The notes below the pieces were generated by a model. The model was not told where the DNA came from and did not search any database. It was given only the letters and a program-made list of their open reading frames with translations. Below are positions 9,709 through 19,457 of a stretch of 32,000 nucleotides of DNA, one piece after another; position 1 is the stretch's first letter; each line of letters begins with the position of its first letter. Origin of the DNA: Propionibacteriaceae bacterium (GTDB lineage Bacteria > Actinomycetota > Actinomycetes > Propionibacteriales > Propionibacteriaceae); the NCBI GenBank assembly GCA_031256725.1, contig JAIRQE010000007.1, positions 1 to 32,000 of the forward strand, in the 5' to 3' direction. The position numbers and the translations under genes were made by a program.

Positions 9709-11031
9709 ATGGCAACCTTTGAGAAGTGGATGATCGATCCAGACTGGACTTCGCCCTATTCGGAGGAGCGCCGAGGTGGGATGGTACGTCGCTATCGTCC
9801 TGATTTTTTATGTGAAGTACACAATGTCCCCTCGGTTGCCATTGCAGAATTGGCGGGGGATGTCGCATCACGTATAACGGCTTTTGGGGCCAATCTTGGG
9901 AGTCGAAACTTGGGTCTGCTGTATGCGACATTACTCAAATCTGAGTCAATTTCATCCTCCCAGATTGAGGGGTACAAGACTCCACCAAGTGAAGTGGTGC
10001 TGGCTGAGTTTGCACCTGAGATTGCCACTACAACTGCCCTCACCATTCGCAAAAACGTGTTGGCTTTACAAGAATCCCTTCGGCGGTTGAATGGCTTGTG
10101 GACTTCAGAAGCTATCCATCAGATCCTGGTAACGCTGCTTCCGAACCACCCGGAAGGGTATCGGTCCACGCAAGTGCGAATCGGGGGACGCTCACTGTTC
10201 AGAGCCGCTTTCGTACCTCCTCCTGCTGAGGATGTATCAATGCTGATGGACGATCTTATTGATTATGCAAATAGGGGTCCAGAATCCATCGTCACCAAGG
10301 CTGGTGTCGTACATGCTCAGTTTGAGACTATTCACCCCTATAACGATGGGAATGGTCGTACTGGTCGTGCTTTGGTACATGCATTGTTTGCCCGAGCAGG
10401 ATTGCTGCCAGGGGCTGTACTGCCCGTATCAACCGTGTTGAGGGTTCGCTCGGAGCAATATATTGGCGCGTTGACTCAGTATCGCTACGACAGTGAGGCC
10501 GGGCAAAGCCGCCAAGATGCAGTCGATGCATTTGTGCAAATCTTCGCCGAGGCGCTCAATGATTCAGTCACCTTAGCTCAACTGGTTGCTGAGGATGTCG
10601 CTACTATCGAAGCCGAGTGGTCGCAAAAAACCGCAGGTTTTCGCGCAGACTCCACTGCTATCTGGGCTTTGCGGTCCTTAGTGAACCTACCCGCACTCAC
10701 CATCGAATCATTGGCTGCAGAAACCGCAGTGACGAAGAGAGCTGCGAGTCGTGCTATCTCAAAGCTCGTCAATGTTGGCATCCTCGTCGAAGCCACAGGG
10801 AAGTACAAGAAAGCATCTATATTTCTAGCCTCACAGGTTTTGGATCTTCTCACGCAGTGCGAGCGCCGCGCAGCCAGCCCAGACTTTGACACCAAACTCT
10901 CTCAGCCCGCGATCCCAGCACCTTTGCCCGTCACCCCACTAGTGATTCTCTGTAGTGAACCTATGCCCCGCGCTGGTACGACTTGTGTACTTAATAAAGG
11001 TCATATGGGACGCCATAGAAGTCAACGCTAG
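9709..11031 (+). CDS. Fic family protein (class II, auto-inhibited AMPylase type) with C-terminal winged-helix region
   Basis: Fic motif HPYNDGNGRTGR at 10333-10368. N-terminal inhibitory-helix motif SSQIEG at 9955-9972, which fits (S/T)xxxE(G/N). I prefer ATG 9709 because ggagagg lies at 9700-9706. The track lists GTG 9697. Confidence 0.9.
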   Translation: MATFEKWMIDPDWTSPYSEERRGGMVRRYRPDFLCEVHNVPSVAIAELAGDVASRITAFGANLGSRNLGLLYATLLKSESISSSQIEGYKTPPSEVVLAEFAPEIATTTALTIRKNVLALQESLRRLNGLWTSEAIHQILVTLLPNHPEGYRSTQVRIGGRSLFRAAFVPPPAEDVSMLMDDLIDYANRGPESIVTKAGVVHAQFETIHPYNDGNGRTGRALVHALFARAGLLPGAVLPVSTVLRVRSEQYIGALTQYRYDSEAGQSRQDAVDAFVQIFAEALNDSVTLAQLVAEDVATIEAEWSQKTAGFRADSTAIWALRSLVNLPALTIESLAAETAVTKRAASRAISKLVNVGILVEATGKYKKASIFLASQVLDLLTQCERRAASPDFDTKLSQPAIPAPLPVTPLVILCSEPMPRAGTTCVLNKGHMGRHRSQR

Positions 11032-11098
11032 TAAATATCGGCGACTCCTGAGGAGGATATCGCCCTAATTGGTAGTTTGGGGATAGACTTTTAGTGCT

Positions 11099-13552
11099 AT
11101 GACTACTGAGGATGTGCCTCTACAGCCGATCTCGGAAGAGTTGGGGGTGGGCATTCAGGATAAGCCGACACAGATGGTACGCAACCCGTCCGATCTTGTC
11201 GGTGTGATCGGGTGTGCCCTGGGGATCGTGTTGGTATGTCTGACGGTGGTCTATGCCCATAATACGACCGAGGGGATTTCGGAGGATGTCCAGGGGTTCG
11301 CGGTACTTCTGCAGAGATTGCTGTTTGTACCCGTGGCGGTACTCGACACCATAGTGATCCTATTCCCGCCTATCGCAGTGGGAATCGACCTTCTCGTGCG
11401 ACGGTACCCTATCGTGGCTCTTCGGGGACTGTTTGGTGCGATCGGGGGGATCATCCTCACGGTTGTGATGGTCTTCCTGTTGAACCTGGTCGCCCCCATT
11501 TCTCTCGTCTCAGGGCTATCTGTGCGCTTGGGCGGGTCTGATGTGATGACGATCCCACCCTATGTGGCGGCGATCACGGCTCTGCTCACGGCGGTGGCGA
11601 CTCCTGCCAGTCGTCGCTCAATCACATGGTCATGGAACTTCTTGTGGATGGCGGTGGTTGTGGCTGTGGTAACCACGACAGCAGCCCTTCCGGGGATGGC
11701 GATTGCGTTGCTGATTGGGCGTCTGGCCGGGTATGCGATTCGCTACGGAATGGGTGTTGCCTCGCAGAGGGCCTATGGGCAAGCACTTGTGGATGGGGTA
11801 CGCCGCGCAGGCTTTTCTCCTGTGATCCTTGATCGGGTTTCCACCATTGGTGTCAGGGAGACGGGCGAATCTATTCAGGGGGTACAAACCCCTCAATTCT
11901 TCTCGGACCATCGACTCTATGTGATGGAGACTGACGAGAAGAAGATGTACAACGTCATCGTTCTTGATGGGGATCGTCAGATGATGAGCATCCTCACTCG
12001 TGTATGGCGCTACCTTCGATCCAAAGCCATTCAGGGTGGTACGACATTGTCACTACGGCAAACAGCCGAACGTACTGCGCTCATCTCCTATGCTGTGAGA
12101 TCCTGTGGGGTCTCGACCCCGAATGTACTCGCTATTGCTGAGGCTGATGATTCGATGCTGATCATTCGCGAAGCGACCAAGGCATCGGTGTCTTTCGTGG
12201 ATCTGGATTCCGATCAGGTCAGTGATGAACTCCTGGATAGGATGTGGAATCAGATACTCAAGGCTCATCGGTGTGGGGTGGCCCACCGCTCGCTGACTCC
12301 CGAGTGTTTCAGAGTTTCCGCTGACCAAAAGGTGAGTGTACTTGGGTGGGAGTCTGGTGATGTTGCCTCCTCTGAACTGGCGGCCAGGATCGATCTGACC
12401 CAACTCATGGCAGTGATGGCAACCAAGGTGACCCCTGAGCGTGTACTGGCGTCAGCGGGCCGGGCTTTGGAGGAACAGGAGCTTGGGGAACTTGGTCCCC
12501 TCCTGCAGATTCCCGCGGTACCCAAGCAGACACGTGACAATCTTGGGGATGTGAAAGAGGTCTTGGCCCAATTGCGTACCCAACTCCTCTCGCACCTGCC
12601 TGACGCGGAGGTTGAGCCGGAGCAGATTGCTCGTGTGGGGGCGCGTACTGTTTTGATGATCGTTCTTGTAACGGTCGCCATCATCGTTGTTTTAACCTCC
12701 TTCAACCTCGCCGAGGTCGTGGATGCCATCCGGCATTCGGATTGGCGTTGGGCGGTGGGTGCCTTCGTGATGGGACTCATGGGTTTCGTGGGAGCATCCC
12801 TGACTCTCATGGCATTTTCCCCTGTCAAGCTGAGGTTCTGGCGGGCTGTCATGTGTCAGATCTCTGCCGCTTTCGTTGCTGTGGCTGCACCTGTGGGCCT
12901 TGGGCCTGCTGCCGTCAACGTCCGAGTCCTCACAAAGAAGCAAGTACCAACACCTGTTGCTGCGGCAACTGTGGCTCTCACCCAGGTCTCCAATATCGTG
13001 GTGACTGTTCTGCTTCTTGTCGTTTTGACCGCCATCACGGGTACAAGTCAACTCACCTCCTTTGAGGTTACACCGGGTGTACTCGTGGGCTTGATCGTCA
13101 TCGCAGCCGTCATCTCGGGGCTCCTGATTGTTCCCAAATCACGAACATGGCTCCTCGCAAGGCTGACCCCCATGCTCAAGCAAACATGGCCTCGATTAGT
13201 CGAACTCTTCTCCAACCCCTATCGGTTGGGTCTGGGACTCCTTGGCAACCTCATTGTGATCGTCTCCTATGTCACAGCTCTTCAGTGGGCAGTCTTCGCC
13301 TTCGGTCGAGATATCTCCTTCCTGGGTGCTGCGCTGGTCTATGTCATCGGTACGGCCGCAGGATCAGTGGTACCAACCCCTGGTGGTATGGGCCCCATCG
13401 AAGTTGCCGAATCAGCCGCCTTGGTATCCCTTGGAATCAACCCTGGTGTTGCTGCTTCGATAGTACTTCTCTTCCGCTTCGTCACCTATTGGATTCGAAT
13501 CCCCTTAGGCTGGGTTGCCTACAAGTCCGCCCAGAAACTAGGGGAATTGTAG
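11099..13552 (+). CDS. polytopic membrane protein: N-terminal TM bundle, central degenerate kinase-like domain, C-terminal LPG-synthase-TM/UPF0104 (MprF flippase-like) domain
   Basis: Hydrophobic segments cover roughly aa 30-225 and 525-817. The C-terminal part carries the PTPGGMGPIEVAE hallmark. The central segment has a kinase-like layout but reads AHRCGVAHRSLTPECFRV, with HRS at 12284-12292. Confidence 0.8.
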   Translation: MTTEDVPLQPISEELGVGIQDKPTQMVRNPSDLVGVIGCALGIVLVCLTVVYAHNTTEGISEDVQGFAVLLQRLLFVPVAVLDTIVILFPPIAVGIDLLVRRYPIVALRGLFGAIGGIILTVVMVFLLNLVAPISLVSGLSVRLGGSDVMTIPPYVAAITALLTAVATPASRRSITWSWNFLWMAVVVAVVTTTAALPGMAIALLIGRLAGYAIRYGMGVASQRAYGQALVDGVRRAGFSPVILDRVSTIGVRETGESIQGVQTPQFFSDHRLYVMETDEKKMYNVIVLDGDRQMMSILTRVWRYLRSKAIQGGTTLSLRQTAERTALISYAVRSCGVSTPNVLAIAEADDSMLIIREATKASVSFVDLDSDQVSDELLDRMWNQILKAHRCGVAHRSLTPECFRVSADQKVSVLGWESGDVASSELAARIDLTQLMAVMATKVTPERVLASAGRALEEQELGELGPLLQIPAVPKQTRDNLGDVKEVLAQLRTQLLSHLPDAEVEPEQIARVGARTVLMIVLVTVAIIVVLTSFNLAEVVDAIRHSDWRWAVGAFVMGLMGFVGASLTLMAFSPVKLRFWRAVMCQISAAFVAVAAPVGLGPAAVNVRVLTKKQVPTPVAAATVALTQVSNIVVTVLLLVVLTAITGTSQLTSFEVTPGVLVGLIVIAAVISGLLIVPKSRTWLLARLTPMLKQTWPRLVELFSNPYRLGLGLLGNLIVIVSYVTALQWAVFAFGRDISFLGAALVYVIGTAAGSVVPTPGGMGPIEVAESAALVSLGINPGVAASIVLLFRFVTYWIRIPLGWVAYKSAQKLGEL

Positions 13553-13637
13553 GGGCGGTTCGGGAATTGACACGTTCTTGGGGTCTGCAACCGGGGTCTG
13601 GACCTCTAGATCCCGCTCGACATGAGACACTGTAGAT

Positions 13638-15677
13638 ATGGATTTCCTCAACGTCTATGACCAAGGGTTTGTACGGGTAGCAGCGCGCGTACTCCCTATT
13701 CATCTTGCTCAGCCTCATAAGAATGCTGAGGCACTGATTAACGACATTCGGGCTATGGATGCCGAAGGTGTGGCTTTGGTTGCCTATCCTGAACTGTGTA
13801 TTACGGGTTATTCATGTGAGGACCTCTTTCTTCAGCAAACCCTCCTGGATTCAGCCGAGGAAGCCATTGGTACCCTTGTGGAGGCTTCGGAAAACCTACG
13901 TCCCTATATCGTCGTGGGCGCCCCCATCCGCTACCAAAGTCGACTGTACAACTGTGCTGTAGTGATCCAAGGTGGGGAACTGGTCGGTATAGTACCCAAG
14001 AGCTATCTGCCTAATTATCGAGAGTTCTATGAGCGTCGATGGTTCGCTCCAGGTGATGACATCTGGGGAGTAATTGAGGTTGCGGGTCGCTCAACCATGA
14101 TTGACCCGAATGCGATCTGGGGGATTGAGGCAAGCGAGGGGTTCGCCTTCCATGTCGAGGTCTGTGAGGACATGTGGGTGCCAGTCACCCCCAGCGCCCA
14201 GGCGGCTCTCCACGGCGCAACAGTCTTGGTCAACATCTCGGGGTCGCCGATCACGATTGGTAAGGCTGATGATCGTAAACTCTTGGCCCAATCCACATCG
14301 GCTCGATGCAATGCAGCCTATGTTTTCACTGCTGCTGGGCCAGGGGAGTCTTCCACGGATCTGAGCTGGGATGGGCAGACCTTCATCTATGAGGCAGGGG
14401 AATTGTTGGGTGAATCTGAACGTTTCCCAAGTACAGCTTCAGGGACCATCGTTGATCTTGATTGTCGCCGCTTAGTACAGGAGAGGTACCGCCAGGGTTC
14501 CTTTGATGACAACCGTCGTACCAACTCTGATGAGGGCTTTTCTATTGACCATCGCGAGATTGAGCTTCCTGCAGGTGAGATTGGGTTCAGGAGGGAGTTG
14601 GATCGTTTCCCCTATGTTCCAGATGACCCAGCGCGTTTGGCCCAGGATTGCTACGAGGCTTACAACATCCAGGTGTACGGCCTTGTCCAGCGTATGAAAG
14701 CTATTGGATCACCCAAGCTCATTATTGGGGTTTCGGGTGGTCTTGACTCCACGCATGCCCTGATCGTCTGCGCCAAAGCCATGGATCTTCTGGGGCGACC
14801 ACGCTCGGATATTCTTGCCTTCACGATGCCTGGGTTTGCGACCTCGGATCAGACGAAGAGCTCGGCTTTGGCATTGATGGAGGCCATGGGTACGACTTAC
14901 GAAACCATCGATATTCGACCTGCAGCAACTCAGATGCTCGCCGATATGGGGCACGGTTTCGCTCACGGTGAGGAACTCTACGATGTGACCTTCGAGAATG
15001 TACAGGCGGGGTTACGTACCGACTACCTCTTCCGGCTCGCCAACCAACGAGGTGGAATCGTTGTGGGAACAGGGGATCTTTCCGAGTTGGCCTTGGGGTG
15101 GTGTACCTATGGTGTGGGGGACCACATGTGCCATTATGCGGTCAACACAGGTGTACCCAAAACACTGATTCAATACCTTATTCGATGGGTGATGGATGAA
15201 GGGCTCTTCAACCAGGCCACCAATGAGATTCTCAACACTATCCTCAACCAGGAGATCTCGCCAGAACTCGTACCAGCCAAAGAGGACGAAGGTCTACAAT
15301 CCACCGAGTCGATCATCGGCCCATACGCGCTCAATGACTTCTTCCTCTACCATTTCCTGCGACGAGGTGAAACCCCAACAAGGATCGCCTATTTGGCATG
15401 GAACGCCTGGAGGGACTCCACAACGGGTACATGGCCCACTTCATGGCCTGAGACTCGCAAGGTAGACTATAGTCTTGAAAGCATTCGGGGATGGCTTGAA
15501 CTCTTCTTGAAAAGATTCTTCGCGAACCAATTCAAGAGGTCTGCCCTTCCCAATGGTCCGAAGGTGAGTGCTGGTGGAACACTGTCACCACGTGGGGACT
15601 GGAGAATGCCTTCTGATGTGAGTGAGGCCACCTGGCTGCGCGAACTCAACAAGAACCTACCAAGCGAGGCAATGTGA
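13638..15677 (+). CDS. nadE: glutamine-dependent NAD+ synthetase (large, nitrilase-domain fused form)
   Basis: An N-terminal CN-hydrolase domain plus the PP-loop GVSGGLDSTHAL. At 679 aa it is colinear with mycobacterial NadE as I remember it. Confidence 0.96.
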   Translation: MDFLNVYDQGFVRVAARVLPIHLAQPHKNAEALINDIRAMDAEGVALVAYPELCITGYSCEDLFLQQTLLDSAEEAIGTLVEASENLRPYIVVGAPIRYQSRLYNCAVVIQGGELVGIVPKSYLPNYREFYERRWFAPGDDIWGVIEVAGRSTMIDPNAIWGIEASEGFAFHVEVCEDMWVPVTPSAQAALHGATVLVNISGSPITIGKADDRKLLAQSTSARCNAAYVFTAAGPGESSTDLSWDGQTFIYEAGELLGESERFPSTASGTIVDLDCRRLVQERYRQGSFDDNRRTNSDEGFSIDHREIELPAGEIGFRRELDRFPYVPDDPARLAQDCYEAYNIQVYGLVQRMKAIGSPKLIIGVSGGLDSTHALIVCAKAMDLLGRPRSDILAFTMPGFATSDQTKSSALALMEAMGTTYETIDIRPAATQMLADMGHGFAHGEELYDVTFENVQAGLRTDYLFRLANQRGGIVVGTGDLSELALGWCTYGVGDHMCHYAVNTGVPKTLIQYLIRWVMDEGLFNQATNEILNTILNQEISPELVPAKEDEGLQSTESIIGPYALNDFFLYHFLRRGETPTRIAYLAWNAWRDSTTGTWPTSWPETRKVDYSLESIRGWLELFLKRFFANQFKRSALPNGPKVSAGGTLSPRGDWRMPSDVSEATWLRELNKNLPSEAM

Positions 15678-17539
15678 TTGAACAGACGGGGTCGCCGTTT
15701 CAGGTAGATCTGCGTGGAATCGTGGATCTGCTGGCTCGGCATCTCTATTCGGGCCCCAATGTATACCTGCGTGAACTCCTTCAAAATGGTGTTGACGCGA
15801 TCACGGCACGCCGTAGTATCGATCCCAGTTTCGTGGGTGAGATCCGCATACGGTCCTGGGGTGGGAACGGTTTAGAGATCACTGACAACGGGATCGGGTT
15901 AACAACTGATGAGGCTCGAGAACTACTCGCCACAGTTGGCCATTCCTCAAAAAGGGACCTTGATTTGGGAATGGGCCGCGAGGAGTTCCTGGGACAGTTC
16001 GGGATCGGGTTGCTCTCAGGGTTCATGGTTGCGGACACTATTGAGTTGGTCTCACGATCTGCCAGGGATCTTACTGCTCCGGCAGTGAAGTGGACGGGTC
16101 ACGATAATGGACATTACGACCTCAGTGAGCTTGAACGCGCGAAGGAGGATCCAGCCGGTTCAGTGGTTCGTATCCTTCCTCGACGGGGGATGGAACACTG
16201 GCTCCTTATCGACACGGTTGTTTCCCTGGCTGTCGAGTTTGGTTCCTTGCTACCAGTGAACGTCATGATCGAGGTACCACTTGACAGCCCAGAAGGTGAG
16301 TCTATGACCCATGTCTGGCGTCGAGTATCTGAGGAAAAGATGCCCTGGGTGAAGGAGTACCAACATGAGATCGCACGCCGTGAGGCTTTGGGTCGCTTCT
16401 GTGAGAACACCATGGGTTTCACACCTATGGCGGTCATTGATCTTGATGTAGCGCTCACAGGACTCACCGGTGTGGCCTTCATCATCCCCGACGCGGTACC
16501 TCCAGGGTCAGGTGGATTCCATCGGGTCTACCTCAAACAGATGCTCCTGGGTTCCCGGGTTGCGGGCCTTGTACCCGAGTGGGCCTTCTTCGTGCGCTGT
16601 GCCATCAATGCCACAGGCTTGGCCCCAACAGCATCGCGTGAGCAGCTGTACAACGATGACGCTCTTCTTGCGGCTCAAGAAGCTTTGGCAGAACAGGTAC
16701 GGGCGTGGGTCGTGGAAACATTGACCACCCAATCCCCGCTGGCCAAGGAATTTGTACACACCCATCACCTGGCTTTGCGTTCCTTGTCACTCACCGATGA
16801 TGTTGTCCTTGATCTTGCTGCAGAGGTACTTCCCTTCGAGACGACTGAGGGGATCCACACTCTACGTGAGGTGATGGATCAACAGTCCGAGGTTGTCTAC
16901 ACCGAGTCCTTGGAGGAGTACCGTCGTGTCGGGGCGGTAGCCAGAGCCCAGGGGATTCTCCTTGTCAATGCTGGATATGTCTATGATGCTGAACTTATGG
17001 CGAAGCTGGCTACCCGTGAACAATTCAAGGTACGCCCGCTGTCCTCAAGCGACATCACCCAGGTTCTCAGCGAGATTCAGCCGGTACGAGAACTGGAGAT
17101 CCTTGAACAGGTGACAGCAGCCTCCGAGATACTGGAATCCTTGGATATTCAGCCGGTGATACGCTGTTTTGAACCTGAGGGTCTGCCTGCGATGATCCTT
17201 GATGATCCGGGTACAGATTTGGGTCATCAAGGTTCCGAATCCCTGATAGGCGATGAGGACATTTGGTCCGATGTCTTGGCTGAGTTCGCTGAATCGAATG
17301 ACCGTTCTCGTCAGATCATCTTCAATGACACCAATCCGACTGTACGGCGTTGGCTCTCACTCGATCCTCATACTGACTTCTTCAAGGCCGGGCTCCAGTC
17401 GATGTACGTCTCTGCCATGTTGCTCAGTGGGGAACCTCTGCGTCCACGCGAGGCTGAGATGATGAACGACTCCCTGGAAACATTCCTAAAATGGGGCCTT
17501 CCTCCGGAGGGAGGCGGACATGACGAGGTCCGTTCCTGA
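15674..17539 (+). CDS. HSP90 family protein (non-canonical HtpG paralog, GHKL ATPase)
   Basis: Bergerat-fold motifs LRELLQNGVDA, TDNGIGL and GQFGIGLLSGF. The length (621 aa) is HtpG-like. Its GTG start overlaps the nadE stop (GTGA at 15674-15677). Confidence 0.85.
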   Translation: MIEQTGSPFQVDLRGIVDLLARHLYSGPNVYLRELLQNGVDAITARRSIDPSFVGEIRIRSWGGNGLEITDNGIGLTTDEARELLATVGHSSKRDLDLGMGREEFLGQFGIGLLSGFMVADTIELVSRSARDLTAPAVKWTGHDNGHYDLSELERAKEDPAGSVVRILPRRGMEHWLLIDTVVSLAVEFGSLLPVNVMIEVPLDSPEGESMTHVWRRVSEEKMPWVKEYQHEIARREALGRFCENTMGFTPMAVIDLDVALTGLTGVAFIIPDAVPPGSGGFHRVYLKQMLLGSRVAGLVPEWAFFVRCAINATGLAPTASREQLYNDDALLAAQEALAEQVRAWVVETLTTQSPLAKEFVHTHHLALRSLSLTDDVVLDLAAEVLPFETTEGIHTLREVMDQQSEVVYTESLEEYRRVGAVARAQGILLVNAGYVYDAELMAKLATREQFKVRPLSSSDITQVLSEIQPVRELEILEQVTAASEILESLDIQPVIRCFEPEGLPAMILDDPGTDLGHQGSESLIGDEDIWSDVLAEFAESNDRSRQIIFNDTNPTVRRWLSLDPHTDFFKAGLQSMYVSAMLLSGEPLRPREAEMMNDSLETFLKWGLPPEGGGHDEVRS

Positions 17540-19457
17540 AGCAACCATCGCCATTGGGCGAGTTCGAGCGATGCCCTTTGGGCGCTCCCGTACAGAGGCT
17601 GCTGCTCGACAGGTACGCATTATCGAAGCCGAGGGGCCCGATGAGGTACGCGCCTATGCCCTTGAATCCCTCGTTGAAGCGCTCACGTGGGCTGGCGAGG
17701 CTGAGAAGGCATTGGTACCTTTCGTCAAACTGTTGCGGTGGTGGGATCTCCATCCCGAACACTTCGATTCAGGCGACCAAAATATCTTGTTCTGGGAGTT
17801 TGGTTGGATCGTAAACGACCTCAGTCGTACCCCCACTGTTTCTGTAGAGAAAGTGGATCGTGTCCTTGAGGACATGGAGAAACGCTTCTCCCTCGCCAAT
17901 CGGGGAATGGAAAGGGTCTGGTGTTCACGCTTGGAATGGGCACTGCTGCGCCGCTCAGAGGATTTGGAGAAGACCTTCACAACCTGGCTCACGATGCCCT
18001 TGGATGATGAGGATTCCTGTGTGGCATGCCATAAGGAGTACCACGCGGGGTACCTCTTGGAAATCGGTGATATTCACGGGGCGGTCGCCATCTTGGAGGC
18101 TGGGATCGTCGCTGAACTGAGTTGTTCGCGAGAGCCAGCATCCATGCTGTCGGTACTTGCGTGGTGTTACCTCGAACTGGAGCGCCTCGAAGATGCCGAA
18201 AAGGTACTTCCCACAGCGCTAGGAGAGTTGAAGTCTGCGACCTCGATGAGTGTACTCATCGCCTATGCGCGACTCTTTGAGGTCTTCGCTCGCGGACACG
18301 ATAAGACGCGGGCCCTAGAGTTAATCGCCAAGATCGCGGAGTCGATCGAAACCGCATCAGCCTATGTACGACTGGAGACTCTACGTCACCTCATCGCCGG
18401 GATGAGATGCCTAAGCGAGCAGGGGTATGCGCAGGAGACAATCACTTTTGGGTCCGACGAAGACACTATCGCTCATCTGGTTGACTCCTTCGACACCCAA
18501 GCCACTGAGCTATCCGAAGCCTTCGATCATCGCCACGGTAATACTGTTCAAGCAGACCGCTTGGCTCGATCACGCAAAGTTCACTCCACATCCAGGCCTC
18601 TTGTGTTCGTACAACCAGAGAGACCCAGTTTCGTGGCAGGTACAACCTCAGCCAGTCATGATGTGACCTGGAACCGCGACCGTGCTTATCTGGATCAAGC
18701 CGAGGATGCCTACCAGGATGGGGACCACACCCAGGCCGCCGACCTCTACCGTATTGCTGCCGAACAGGCCCAAAGTGAGGGCCTCCTTTTGGAGGCAGGA
18801 TGGTGCTGGGCAGAGGCGGCGCGCAATGCCCAAGAGATCTCGCAATTCGATGTGGCAGCCCATGATTACATGGAAGCCCAAACGAGACTCAAAGCCGCTG
18901 GGGCAACCCTGGAAGAGATCACCCCCATGTTTATTGCCTGGGCACCCGTGGTACAAGAAAACCACTACCGCAAATATGTGGATATGGCCCTCTACGACTA
19001 CCCAACCCCAGCGCGCGCCCATGGTACAGACAAGATCGAGGAGATACTTCCGATCGTCTTCCAGTCATCGATGGTGAATACTCCGTTGATTAAGAAGTAC
19101 GTCCTAGCGCGTGCGGAACTCAGGGATTCGGTGGCCCGGGTTCTTGCAACCTGGGGAAGCCTTGAGGATAAGATTGAAGCCATCGACATGGTGGAGGAAT
19201 CAGCCACACGCTTCACCCTTCTGGGGCGTTCAGATGCCGCAGCCCACAGTTGGTGGCTGGCCGCCCGATTGGCAGCGGAAGTCAACCCGGCCCTAGTCAC
19301 CCCGAATTACAGCAAAGCACTCCAAGAATTCAAAGCAGTAGGCCAACGCGGGCGAGTCTTTGGGGCTCAGGTTGCGGGCGACTATGGCGAGTATTTGAGG
19401 ACCCTCGGACGCTACGATGAAGCCTCCAAAGTCGAAGAATCCTGGAAGGACGAGTGA
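17520..19457 (+). CDS. 645-aa alpha-helical repeat (TPR-like) protein of unknown function
   Basis: ATG 17520 follows GGAGGGAGG (17506-17514) and overlaps the HSP90-paralog 3' end by 20 nt. The sequence is helix-rich, with TPR-like stretches such as AEDAYQDGDHTQAADLYRIAAEQAQ. Confidence 0.7.
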   Translation: MTRSVPEATIAIGRVRAMPFGRSRTEAAARQVRIIEAEGPDEVRAYALESLVEALTWAGEAEKALVPFVKLLRWWDLHPEHFDSGDQNILFWEFGWIVNDLSRTPTVSVEKVDRVLEDMEKRFSLANRGMERVWCSRLEWALLRRSEDLEKTFTTWLTMPLDDEDSCVACHKEYHAGYLLEIGDIHGAVAILEAGIVAELSCSREPASMLSVLAWCYLELERLEDAEKVLPTALGELKSATSMSVLIAYARLFEVFARGHDKTRALELIAKIAESIETASAYVRLETLRHLIAGMRCLSEQGYAQETITFGSDEDTIAHLVDSFDTQATELSEAFDHRHGNTVQADRLARSRKVHSTSRPLVFVQPERPSFVAGTTSASHDVTWNRDRAYLDQAEDAYQDGDHTQAADLYRIAAEQAQSEGLLLEAGWCWAEAARNAQEISQFDVAAHDYMEAQTRLKAAGATLEEITPMFIAWAPVVQENHYRKYVDMALYDYPTPARAHGTDKIEEILPIVFQSSMVNTPLIKKYVLARAELRDSVARVLATWGSLEDKIEAIDMVEESATRFTLLGRSDAAAHSWWLAARLAAEVNPALVTPNYSKALQEFKAVGQRGRVFGAQVAGDYGEYLRTLGRYDEASKVEESWKDE

